From an uncultured bacterium (GTDB taxonomy: Bacteria; Hydrothermota; Hydrothermia; WGAB01): a DNA stretch of 58,413 nucleotides. The DNA is taken from the NCBI GenBank assembly GCA_964422065.1, contig CAYQZW010000001.1, positions 1 to 58,413 on the forward strand, read 5' to 3'. Below the pieces are notes generated by a model. It was not told the DNA's origin and ran no database searches. It was given only the letters and a program-made list of their open reading frames with translations. The position numbers and the translations under genes were made by a program. Positions 19,891 to 29,072 of this stretch are shown here, piece after piece (position 1 is the stretch's first letter; each line of letters opens with the position of its first letter).

Positions 19891-21971
19891 TGCCACCGTC
19901 GTTTCTTTTGGAGATCGGGCATGAGGAGTTGCCGGCTTCTTTTGTGCCCCTGAGCGGCCGAGGGCTCCTCAAGGGGTTGCAGCGTGTCCTGGATGCCCAG
20001 CATGTTGCGTACCATGGCGGCCGGTGGTTTGCGACGCCTCGGCGGACCGCGGTGTACTTCGAGCATATCGCGGAGCGGGCCGACGTCCGTCTCAAGAAGG
20101 TCATGGGCCCCCCGAAACAGGTGGCATACGACCCAGAGGGGCGTCCCACTCGTGCCTTGTTGGGGTTCATCAAAAAATTGGGGGTCCAACTGGAGGATGT
20201 GCGGGAAGAGGAGACGCCGAAGGGCGTTTATCTCTATGCCATGGTCCAAGAGGGTGGGGATTCCCTGGAAGCCATCCTCCAGGCGCATCTGGCGGACATC
20301 CTGCAGGCGATCCCGTTCCCCAAAGTCATGCGTTGGCAAGGGAGTTTGAAGTTTCCTCGCCCCATCCGTTGGATTGTGGCGCTCCATGGCGACAACGTGC
20401 TCCCTATCCAACTCGCAGGGCTGCAGGCCGACCGCATCACGTACGGCAACCGGATGACACATCCGGACCCCATCCCCCTCACCCGTGCCGATGAGTATCT
20501 GGATCGTCTTAGAGCGGCCGATGTTTGGGCAGACGCGGAAGAACGGAAACGCCGCGTATGGGAAGAACTCGTAGCGGCGGTCGAACCGGTCCACGGTCAG
20601 CCCCTGGAAGACCCTGACTTGCTGGAGGAGGTCACCCATTTGGTGGAAGCCCCCCGTGCGGTCCTGGGGTCCTTTGATCCATCATTTCTGGCGCTCCCGG
20701 CCCCGGTTGTGGTCACCGCCATGAAACAGCATCAGAGGTATTTTGCGGTCTTTGATTCCCAAGGCCGACTCTTGCCCCACTTTGTGGCGATCATCAATAA
20801 CCCCAAAGCCGATGTAGAAAAAGTCCGCCAGGGCCTGGAAGAGGTCTTACAGGCCCGCCTGGAAGACGCGGCCTTCTATTTTGAGGTGGACACGCAGCGG
20901 AAACTGGAAGATCGGGTGGAAGACCTCAAAGGCATCACCTGGTTCCCCAAACTTGGCACGGTCTATGATAAGGTGAAGCGGGTGCAGACGATTCTCCAGC
21001 ATCTGAGCCGTGCGATAGACGCGCAAGGCCTCACCCTGGACATCCCTGCGTTGACCCGGGCTGCATGGCTATACAAGACCGATCTGACCACCGAGATGAT
21101 CCGGGACGGCAAGGAGTTCACCAAACTGGAGGGAACCATTGGCAAGTACTATGCCCTGCACGACGGAGAACCCCCAAAGGTAGCGGAGATCATTGAGCAA
21201 TCGCATTTCCCCCGTTTTTCCGGTGACCGATTGCCTGAGATCCCCGAAGCGGCCCTGCTGGGCATCGCCGACCGCGTGGATACCCTGGTCGCCCTTTTCC
21301 ACACCGGCTATGAGGTCAAAGGGGCTCAAGACCCGATGGGCCTCCGCCGGACCGCCTATGCGCTCATTGATCTGATCCTCAAGTTCCGGTTTTCCCTGAA
21401 CCTCACGGACCTCTTCCGCTGGGCCAACTTTTCAGCGCAGGCTCAACAGAAGGCCCTGGAATTCACCCTGACCCGTTTTGAACACTACCTGGAGGAACGC
21501 CAGGGGATCCGGTATGACATTGTGGACGCGGTCATTGGGTCCGGACTTTCCGATCTGGTCATCCTGGCCAAGCGTGCCGAGGTGCTGAACCGGATGATGA
21601 AGGAGGCCCCAGAGGACTTTGAGCGGTTGGTCATTGGGCAAAAGCGGTTGGCGAATATCCTGAAAGACTTTGAGGGGTCTGGCCCACCAGACCCGAATCT
21701 CTTTGAGAAAGAGGAAGAACGCGCCTTATACGACCGGATCCAGGCAATCCGGGAGCCTTATCTCCAGGCGATCCACGAACACCGGTATCCCCAGGCGCTC
21801 CGCCTGCTCATTGAGACCCGGGAACTCATTGATCGTTTCTTTGATCACGTCTTCGTCATGGTGGACGATCCCCGAATTCGCGAGAACCGGCTGAAACTCC
21901 TTGCGGCCACACGCTCGCTGTATCTGGCTTACGCAGACTTCTCCCGCATTGTGATCCCCTCGGAACGTTGA
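19890..21971 (+). CDS. glyS: glycine--tRNA ligase beta subunit
   Basis: 693 aa with the N-terminus FLLEIGHEELPASF, typical of GlyS. TGATG stop/start overlap with the upstream gene. Confidence 0.9.
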   Translation: MPPSFLLEIGHEELPASFVPLSGRGLLKGLQRVLDAQHVAYHGGRWFATPRRTAVYFEHIAERADVRLKKVMGPPKQVAYDPEGRPTRALLGFIKKLGVQLEDVREEETPKGVYLYAMVQEGGDSLEAILQAHLADILQAIPFPKVMRWQGSLKFPRPIRWIVALHGDNVLPIQLAGLQADRITYGNRMTHPDPIPLTRADEYLDRLRAADVWADAEERKRRVWEELVAAVEPVHGQPLEDPDLLEEVTHLVEAPRAVLGSFDPSFLALPAPVVVTAMKQHQRYFAVFDSQGRLLPHFVAIINNPKADVEKVRQGLEEVLQARLEDAAFYFEVDTQRKLEDRVEDLKGITWFPKLGTVYDKVKRVQTILQHLSRAIDAQGLTLDIPALTRAAWLYKTDLTTEMIRDGKEFTKLEGTIGKYYALHDGEPPKVAEIIEQSHFPRFSGDRLPEIPEAALLGIADRVDTLVALFHTGYEVKGAQDPMGLRRTAYALIDLILKFRFSLNLTDLFRWANFSAQAQQKALEFTLTRFEHYLEERQGIRYDIVDAVIGSGLSDLVILAKRAEVLNRMMKEAPEDFERLVIGQKRLANILKDFEGSGPPDPNLFEKEEERALYDRIQAIREPYLQAIHEHRYPQALRLLIETRELIDRFFDHVFVMVDDPRIRENRLKLLAATRSLYLAYADFSRIVIPSER

Positions 21972-22014
21972 GCATCTCCGGTTCAAGGCGTTCATCTCCA
22001 ACGAGTTCCAGAAG

Positions 22015-23403
22015 ATGCGTGTAGCCAAAAACGCGATTTTGTATGCCCTGGCCGGCATCTCGGTCAGTCTCTTGGCCTTCGTGCAGGTCAAGATCCTTAC
22101 CCAGGGCCTTTCCAAGCACGATGTCGGGCTGTATTTCGGTCTTTCCGGAACCGTCCTCTTTGTTGCGGAATTGCTCAAAGTGGGCATCCCCCAGATTCTC
22201 CCCCGGTTCGTGCCGCTGTACGAGGCGCAAGGGCAAGGGCACAAAGCACAAAAACTCATCAGTGTCCTCGTGTTGGGGTATGGAGGGCTCTTAGGGATCG
22301 CCGGTCTGGTCGTGCTCGCGCTCGCCCGGCTGGCTCCTTCGGACAGTGTGTTCTGGCAAACCCTGCCGTGGGCGTTTGTGGCCTTCGGGGTCCTGGCATT
22401 TCTTCAGACGGTCTCGGTCGGCCTGGTTGCCCAACGCCGGGTCCGGACCGCAGCCCTGCTCCCCTTCGTGGCCCATCTGGGGTTTACCCTGCTCCTGCTC
22501 CTTCACCGACACCGGCTGACCCTGGGCCTGGTCTTTGGGGACCTCCTCCTGGCGGCCGGGATGGTAACCGCCGTGGGGTGGATCCTGCTCCGACCTACCC
22601 TGCCCGGGGGCTGGGCCCCAGACCCCGAGTTCTGGCACTTCTCAAAGTACGCAGCGATGAGCACTGTGTTTGCTCCCGTGTACCACTACTTTGACTACCT
22701 TGTGCTGGCAGGACTCACCTCTTATCCGTCGTTGGCCCTTTTCGGGGTTGCGCGCCGCATTGAAAACTTCCTCCGCAGACTCCTCTGGCTCCCTCTGGAA
22801 GCCCTGGCCCCAGAACTGAGTTTCCAGAGCCGACACCCAGAGATCGCAAGGGAGGCGGCCGCGCTTTTGATCCGGAGTTATCTCTTGATCGGCGTCATGG
22901 TTGCGATCCCGATCCTCTTGTTCCGGCGGGATCTCATTGTGCTGATCTCCAGAGCAGACTATCAGGGGGCATCCGTCTTCCTGGTCCTGCTCACCCTCCA
23001 TGTCGTCCTCCTCTCCATGGCCGGGCCGATGGGCGTTGTGGCCCGTTCCCTGGGAAACATGAAGGCGCTGTTCTGGGGAGACGCCCTGCGCAATGGAATC
23101 TATGTAGGTGTTGCCCTGGTGCTGACCCAGCGGTTCGGGCCCTTGGGGATGGCGATTTCTTTCCTGGTCGCCACGGGGATCGCCCTGATTTATTGGGTGC
23201 TTGTGATCCGGAGCATGCGGGTTCGCCTCCCATCCCTGGGATACCTTGGAGCCCTGGCGATTTGGGCCCTTGCCCTTTGGGGGTTTGGGGAACAGGTCCA
23301 CCGATGGTGGGCCCTGGTATGGGTCCCCTCCCTGATCATCCCGTTCTGGTTCTCCATGTCCCCGATCCAACGCCAACGATGGCTGCAATTCCTTCGGGGC
23401 TAA
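22015..23403 (+). CDS. polysaccharide biosynthesis protein / MOP-family flippase (Wzx-like)
   Basis: 462-aa protein of roughly 12-14 TM segments with a Wzx-like N-terminus (AKNAILYALAGISVSLLAFVQVKILTQGL). Confidence 0.65.
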   Translation: MRVAKNAILYALAGISVSLLAFVQVKILTQGLSKHDVGLYFGLSGTVLFVAELLKVGIPQILPRFVPLYEAQGQGHKAQKLISVLVLGYGGLLGIAGLVVLALARLAPSDSVFWQTLPWAFVAFGVLAFLQTVSVGLVAQRRVRTAALLPFVAHLGFTLLLLLHRHRLTLGLVFGDLLLAAGMVTAVGWILLRPTLPGGWAPDPEFWHFSKYAAMSTVFAPVYHYFDYLVLAGLTSYPSLALFGVARRIENFLRRLLWLPLEALAPELSFQSRHPEIAREAAALLIRSYLLIGVMVAIPILLFRRDLIVLISRADYQGASVFLVLLTLHVVLLSMAGPMGVVARSLGNMKALFWGDALRNGIYVGVALVLTQRFGPLGMAISFLVATGIALIYWVLVIRSMRVRLPSLGYLGALAIWALALWGFGEQVHRWWALVWVPSLIIPFWFSMSPIQRQRWLQFLRG

Positions 23404-23468
23404 CGGGTTCCGATTTGCGTCATATTTGAGGTTCGGTTAAACTGAAAGCCTAAAAAGGAGGTCGAGCC

Positions 23469-25202
23469 ATTTTCAAGGATCATGAGTTAACGGTTCGAGC
23501 ACTGATCCTGGGGATTGTGTTGGCCATCGTCTTCGGAGCGGCCAATGCCTATCTCGGTCTCAAGGCGGGCATGACTGTCTCTGCCTCGATCCCGGCGGCT
23601 GTTGTCTCCATGGCGATCCTGCGCGGATTGCTCAAACGTGGGACGATTGTAGAAAACAACATGGTGCAGACCATTGCTTCTGCGGGCGAATCCCTGGCAG
23701 CAGGCGTGATCTTTACGGTCCCGGCCCTGATCCTCCTCGGTCTTTCCCCCAACATCTTCTACATCTTCCTGGTTTCCGCAACTGGTGGGCTCCTTGGGGT
23801 CCTCCTGATGATCCCGGTCCGGAAACATCTCATTGAGGAGGAACACGATCGGTTGCCCTATCCCGAAGGGACAGCCTGCGCCGAGGTCCTGGAGGCCGGC
23901 GAGGAAGGCGGTGTCAAAGCCAAAGAAGTGTTCCTGGGCATGGGCATTGGCGGTCTGTTCAAGTTCTTTGGCACGGGCATCAAACTCTTCCAGGATGCCC
24001 CAGCCTGGCTGATCGCACCGTTCCGGACCTTGGTGGGCATTGACCTTTCGCCCGCTTTGATTGGTGTGGGATACATTCTGAATATCCGGATCGCGGCCCT
24101 GGTGCTCGCCGGCGGCGTACTCGGATGGCTCGTCTTTATCCCCCTGATCGCTGCCTATACCGGACTGCCCACGCAGACCACGGATCAGGTCTACCAGATC
24201 TGGTCTCAGTACCTCCGGTATATCGGTGCGGGTGCCGTGTTGACGGGCGGGATCTTCAGTCTTATCCGAAGCATCCCCGCGATGGTCAAAACCTTAAAGT
24301 CCGTGGAATTCAAGGCCGGGACGCGGGATCTCCCGATGAAGTATGTGTTCTGGGGGACCGGTGCGATCTTGATCCTTCTTGCGGTCGTCCCGGCGTTTCA
24401 GATGGGGCCCCGTGCCGCGATCTTTGCGGTGATCTTTGCGTTTCTGTTCGTCATCGTATCGTCCCGGATCGTCGGGCTGGTGGGGAGTTCCTCCAACCCG
24501 GTCTCGGGCATGACGATCGCCACCCTGCTCTTTGTGTCGTTGATCTTTGTGAAGATGGGGATCCAGGGCACCGCGGGCATGATCAAGGCTCTGACCCTCG
24601 GCGCCGTGGTCTGCATTGCTGCAGCGATCGCGGGCGATACGTCCCAGGACCTCAAAACCGGCTATCTGGTCGGTGCCACCCCGTGGAAACAGCAAATCGG
24701 GGAGTTCATTGGGGTTCTGGCCTCGGCCGTGTTCATCGGGTGGACCTTATTCCTGCTTCACAGAGCCTATGGTATCGGCTCGAGCGAACTCTCGGCACCC
24801 CAGGCGACCCTGATGTCCCTGGTGGTCAAAGGGGTCTTTGAAGGGACGTTGCCGTGGCTCCTGGTTGGTGCGGGGATCTTCACCGCTCTGGCCGTCGAAC
24901 TCCTCGGGGTCCACTCCCTGCCGTTTGCTGTGGGCTTATACTTGCCTCTGGAACTCTCCACGTCGCTGTTTGCCGGGGGGCTGGCAGCCTGGGTCTTTGG
25001 TTACCGTGAGAAAGGGGTGCTGTTTTCGTCTGGATTGGTGGCGGGGGACGCCATGATGGGGATTCTTCTGGCCCTTTGGATCGCAACGGGCCGGGTGTTG
25101 CCCGTCACCTGGGAGTCTCGAGGATTGGCCCTCGTCGTCCTCATCACCCTCTTCCTCCTGATCGGATGGCGCGCCCGTGAGACAAAAGCGAACCATGGCT
25201 AA
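23469..25202 (+). CDS. OPT-family oligopeptide transporter (probable ATT start)
   Basis: ELTVRALILGIVLAIVFGAANAYLGLKAGMTVSASIPAAV and NNMVQTIASAGESLAAGVIFT are OPT hallmarks. The conserved N-terminus lies upstream of the first GTG/TTG (see finding). Confidence 0.85.
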   Translation: MFKDHELTVRALILGIVLAIVFGAANAYLGLKAGMTVSASIPAAVVSMAILRGLLKRGTIVENNMVQTIASAGESLAAGVIFTVPALILLGLSPNIFYIFLVSATGGLLGVLLMIPVRKHLIEEEHDRLPYPEGTACAEVLEAGEEGGVKAKEVFLGMGIGGLFKFFGTGIKLFQDAPAWLIAPFRTLVGIDLSPALIGVGYILNIRIAALVLAGGVLGWLVFIPLIAAYTGLPTQTTDQVYQIWSQYLRYIGAGAVLTGGIFSLIRSIPAMVKTLKSVEFKAGTRDLPMKYVFWGTGAILILLAVVPAFQMGPRAAIFAVIFAFLFVIVSSRIVGLVGSSSNPVSGMTIATLLFVSLIFVKMGIQGTAGMIKALTLGAVVCIAAAIAGDTSQDLKTGYLVGATPWKQQIGEFIGVLASAVFIGWTLFLLHRAYGIGSSELSAPQATLMSLVVKGVFEGTLPWLLVGAGIFTALAVELLGVHSLPFAVGLYLPLELSTSLFAGGLAAWVFGYREKGVLFSSGLVAGDAMMGILLALWIATGRVLPVTWESRGLALVVLITLFLLIGWRARETKANHG

Positions 25203-25249
25203 TCAAAGGGTTTCGAGCATACACAGGACTTCCGGACCCCTGTGACACG

Positions 25250-26464
25250 ATGCCTACGGTGCTCTTTCTCACCCATCAACTTCCCAGTCCTTATGGAGGG
25301 GGGGTGAGTGTGTCGTATGGAACCCTTCAGGCGTTTCTCCAGCATCAATGGCGTGTGGGCTTAGTGTCTTTTGTGCCACGGGGCTGGGAGGGTGCACCGC
25401 CCTTTTCGGGCCTGGATTTTTTTCGTACCATCCCGTTGGATTATCACAATTCCCCGCGGCACTATTTCCGGAGTCTCATCACCCCGCTTCCCTTCACTGC
25501 GCAGAAATACCGAAGTTCGGCATATGGAATTGCCATCAACGAGGCGATGACAAAGCTTCAACCCGATGTGGTCTTTTGTGATCACCTCCACACGGCTCTC
25601 TATGGGTCATGGGTTCGGCAAGCCTTCTCGGTCCCAGTGGTTCTCCGTGTGCACAACGCTGAGCATGAGTTGTGGAGGAAAACTGCGCGATACTACGGTG
25701 CGGTGCCCACCAAGATGCTGACCCTTTTCCAAGCCTGGAAGATGTGGCGATACGAACGTCGTTTGTGGCCTGGGTTTGATCGGGTCATTTTCCTGAGTCC
25801 TGAGGATGCAGCCCGATGCTGGGGGGCCCCTCGATCCGTGGTGATTCCTCCTGGGGTGGATTCCACCGCGTTGCCCCCCCAACCCGTATCGCCTCAGCAC
25901 CATGTCCTCCTCTTTGTTGGCTCCCTGGATTGGATTCCGAACGTGGAGGGCCTCCAGTGGTTTCTCCGTAAGGTGTGGGAGCCCTTGCGACAGGCCATGC
26001 CCGATCTCAAGTTCTATGTGGTGGGGAAAAATCCCCCGGAACACCTTCAGAGGCGACGGATCCCTGGAGTGACCGTCACCGGGTTCGTTCCGGATCTTCG
26101 GGACTACATTCGGAGGGGCGGAGTGATGGTTGTCCCCCTGCGTATCGGGAGCGGTGTGCGGATCAAGATCTTGGAAGGCCTGGCCATGGGGATCCCCATC
26201 GTTACGACACCTACCGGGATCCAGGGGTTACCGCAACTTCGGGATGTGGTGCGCATCGCAGAAAGCGAAGGCTCTTTTGTACACGAGGTCCTCCGTCTGT
26301 TCGCGTCTCCGGAGGAGTATTGGGCACTACGACAGCGAGGGCTCCAGAAGATTCGCCAGATGTTTTCCTGGGATCGCATCGGAGACCGCTTAGTCACCCT
26401 CCTCCAGGAGATGGTCAACAAAGCCTCAACGCAGGGACATGTCCCCGGAGTTCGACGATGTTAA
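25250..26464 (+). CDS. family 4 (GT-B) glycosyltransferase
   Basis: 404 aa with a C-terminal nucleotide-sugar-binding region GSGVRIKILEGLAMGIPIVTT. Confidence 0.8.
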   Translation: MPTVLFLTHQLPSPYGGGVSVSYGTLQAFLQHQWRVGLVSFVPRGWEGAPPFSGLDFFRTIPLDYHNSPRHYFRSLITPLPFTAQKYRSSAYGIAINEAMTKLQPDVVFCDHLHTALYGSWVRQAFSVPVVLRVHNAEHELWRKTARYYGAVPTKMLTLFQAWKMWRYERRLWPGFDRVIFLSPEDAARCWGAPRSVVIPPGVDSTALPPQPVSPQHHVLLFVGSLDWIPNVEGLQWFLRKVWEPLRQAMPDLKFYVVGKNPPEHLQRRRIPGVTVTGFVPDLRDYIRRGGVMVVPLRIGSGVRIKILEGLAMGIPIVTTPTGIQGLPQLRDVVRIAESEGSFVHEVLRLFASPEEYWALRQRGLQKIRQMFSWDRIGDRLVTLLQEMVNKASTQGHVPGVRRC

Positions 26465-27771
26465 CGTTTCTGTATTTTTTGGTTTCCCCGCTGATCGATC
26501 TCTCTCCGACGGATCAAATGCAATACTTTTTGAGCATTGCCCTGCCGACACTGGTCATGGTGGCGATCCTCGTACGAGTAGGCTTAAATGGGTTTTGGCT
26601 CGAGAAGAAGCGGATTCGGATTGAGCGGGCGGAGATGTGGTTTCTCCTGTTCTTCCTGTACATGATGCTCGCCGGCCTGGTGCTCTCCATTCCCCTGATG
26701 GGGAAGCATATCCTGGGGGAGACCGGCATTGTGAAGAGCATCAAGCAGAGTTTGATGATCGGCCTGGCGGTGGGATTCTACATCACGACGTACCGGGTGA
26801 GTTTCTGGTCCAAAGGCTCATGGATTGCGCGGGCTTTGGCGTGGCCCCTGGGATTCCTCCTGGTGTATGGCTTTTTAGAATACCTCAAATACGGACTGGG
26901 GATTTCCGGTGCCCTACCCTTTGAAGCAGTATTCCATCCGTTAATTCCGGACAGTTATTATGGGCTCCAGAGTCGGCTTCGGCTCACCGCCCCGGAACCA
27001 TCCATGGCCGCTCCCTATCTCGTGATCTTTTCAAGCATCCTGCTATATCTGTTTTGGAGAGGCGTGAAACGATGGGTATACCCCGTGTTGGTTTTATTGG
27101 CGTTCCTCTTGTTGCTCGTCTTGGGGTCAAAGGGCGCCCTGATCTCCGTCGTCCTGGCCTTGGTCTTTACGTCCATCTTTGGCGGATGGGTCTCCCCTCA
27201 CCGCAGACATCGACTTCGTTTCCTCTTGGGTGGATTGGCCCTCACCCTGCTGATTGGAGGGGTCGGACTCTTTTCGAAAACCGGAAGGGAACTCTTGGCG
27301 CTCCAGGTTTATGAAAATACCGTACTGACCCGGGTCTTGGAGATGCTTGTAGGGTTAAAGATTTTTGTCGAACGGCCTTTCTTCGGCATCGGGGCGGGGA
27401 ATTTGGTGTTTTACTTCAACACGTATTTGAACAAAGTGGGCATCATCAGCGAGGAGTTATTCTGGGTGCTCTTCGCTCAGACCACGGATCGAGCGATCGG
27501 GTACAAAAACATGTATATCTCCGTGTTGGCCGAAGGGGGGCTGGTGGGCGGGATCCTCTTTGGGCTGTTCCTTTACCAGATCTTGAAGACGCTGAAGAGG
27601 GCCACGCGACGCACACCCCATGCTCTTATTCTCGTGTTCCTCTTTTTCTTTATCCTGATGACCATGCTGTATACGGATGGCTACAACCGGATCTACTGGT
27701 GGTTAGGACTCGGCTTGATCAAAGGGCTTGGCGATCACATCCAGTGGGAGGTGAGTCATCGTGCAGCATGA
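26458..27771 (+). CDS. O-antigen polymerase/ligase-family (Wzy-like) membrane protein
   Basis: Polytopic protein. Start taken at MLTFLYFLV (ATG 26458), overlapping the GT4 stop by 7 nt. The upstream 160 aa of ORF 25975..27771 overlap GT4 out of frame. Confidence 0.65.
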   Translation: MLTFLYFLVSPLIDLSPTDQMQYFLSIALPTLVMVAILVRVGLNGFWLEKKRIRIERAEMWFLLFFLYMMLAGLVLSIPLMGKHILGETGIVKSIKQSLMIGLAVGFYITTYRVSFWSKGSWIARALAWPLGFLLVYGFLEYLKYGLGISGALPFEAVFHPLIPDSYYGLQSRLRLTAPEPSMAAPYLVIFSSILLYLFWRGVKRWVYPVLVLLAFLLLLVLGSKGALISVVLALVFTSIFGGWVSPHRRHRLRFLLGGLALTLLIGGVGLFSKTGRELLALQVYENTVLTRVLEMLVGLKIFVERPFFGIGAGNLVFYFNTYLNKVGIISEELFWVLFAQTTDRAIGYKNMYISVLAEGGLVGGILFGLFLYQILKTLKRATRRTPHALILVFLFFFILMTMLYTDGYNRIYWWLGLGLIKGLGDHIQWEVSHRAA

Positions 27772-29047
27772 GCCGAAGGAGACCGAGAGCCTTCCCGTTT
27801 TGGGCCGGCGGACGGGCCTGGTTTCTTTCTTCCTGACCTATAGCCGTCTCCTACGGTTTCTGTTCATTATTCTTTTGGGGCGGGCCATTGGCCCGTCGTC
27901 CTTTGGCGTATATGCCTCGATGGTTGCCTTGATCCTGATTGCGGCACCCTTATCGACCTTCGGATACCAGCATCTCTTTGTCCAGCATTTGGCAAGGAAG
28001 CAGCCGGTCCCCTCCCCACTTTTTACAACAGGATTCCTGTTGACTGTGGGAAGTGCCCTGGGTTTTGGGGGCCTGGGGGCCTGGGGCTTCCGGTCGTTCA
28101 TTCATCTGCCGTTGCCGATCGGGGTCATCTTCCTTTTCCTCGCGGCTGAGATTTGGGTCAACGGGACTCGAGAACTCTTTAAAGGCATCTTCCAAGGTAC
28201 CCATGAATTCTCCAAGCTCTCCTTTACCGTCTTTGTTGCCGTTCCCAGCCTGCGCATATTGACCTTGGTGGGATTGATGCTCCTGAACCCTCCAGTCACC
28301 CTTACGAAAGTGATTGTTTTCTTAGAGCCCCTCCAGATCTTGTTGATGGTGGGGCTTTTTCTCCTGTACATCCCCAAGAACCTCTTTGCGGTGGGCTTGG
28401 ATCTCCACCGGGTGCGCGAAGGCATCTATTTTTCGGTAGCCACCGTTTCCAATGAGGTTTACGGTAATGTCGACAAACTGATGCTCTCCAAGTTGAGTAC
28501 GCTCAATATGGTGGGCTTCTATACCATTGCCTTCCGAATGATTCGGTATCTGTACATTCCGGTGACCGCAGCGTTAACCGTGATGTACCCGCTATTTTTT
28601 CATCGAGGCCAGTTCGGAATCCGGAAGACGCTCCAGTTGGGGTTTCGTGCGGCTTGGATCACACTGGCGTATGCGCTGTTGATTGTCGGGGGGATCTTTG
28701 TCAGTGCCTCTTGGATTGTCCGAACGATTTTTGGGGCCGCGTTCCTTCCCGCAACCGGCCTCATGAAGGTCATGAGCCTGATTCTCATCTTTCAGGCGTT
28801 CAGTCTGGTTGTCGGGGACGCACTGACAGGGGCAGGCTATCAGAAACAGCGGACCTATTTTCTTCTGGTAACGGTTGCCGTCAATTTCGGCCTGAACCTG
28901 CTTCTCATCCCGTTGTATGGGGCATTTGGCGCGGCATGGGCGAGTGTCTTTTCAGAAGCCCTGCTCAGTGGGCTCATTGTGGGATTTGCGCTCCGAAACC
29001 GAGTCCACTCCACACTCGCAGACCCACATCAGGCGCCGCCCTCCTGA
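27761..29047 (+). CDS. second MOP-family polysaccharide flippase (Wzx-like)
   Basis: 428-aa polytopic protein. GTG start at 27761 preceded by GGGAGGTGA. Confidence 0.65.
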   Translation: MQHEPKETESLPVLGRRTGLVSFFLTYSRLLRFLFIILLGRAIGPSSFGVYASMVALILIAAPLSTFGYQHLFVQHLARKQPVPSPLFTTGFLLTVGSALGFGGLGAWGFRSFIHLPLPIGVIFLFLAAEIWVNGTRELFKGIFQGTHEFSKLSFTVFVAVPSLRILTLVGLMLLNPPVTLTKVIVFLEPLQILLMVGLFLLYIPKNLFAVGLDLHRVREGIYFSVATVSNEVYGNVDKLMLSKLSTLNMVGFYTIAFRMIRYLYIPVTAALTVMYPLFFHRGQFGIRKTLQLGFRAAWITLAYALLIVGGIFVSASWIVRTIFGAAFLPATGLMKVMSLILIFQAFSLVVGDALTGAGYQKQRTYFLLVTVAVNFGLNLLLIPLYGAFGAAWASVFSEALLSGLIVGFALRNRVHSTLADPHQAPPS

Positions 29048-29072
29048 AAGCGAGGGTAGGCAACCCGCAAAA

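Noticed and set aside
19638-20639. Long antisense ORFs opposite well-supported genes, for example 19638-20639 (333 aa, opposite glyS), 11273-11980, 22642-23388, 3852-5069, 6098-7066 and 14309-15340.
   Set aside because: Their products are Arg/Pro/Gly/His-rich, low-complexity sequences with no motifs. They fully overlap genes with clear family signatures. This is the typical stop-codon-poor shadow frame of high-GC DNA.
25975-26457. A 160-aa N-terminal extension of the Wzy-like ORF (track ORF 25975-27771).
   Set aside because: It overlaps the GT4 gene in another frame and is Arg/Pro/Gly-rich. The hydrophobic Wzy-like sequence begins at ATG 26458, right at the GT4 stop.
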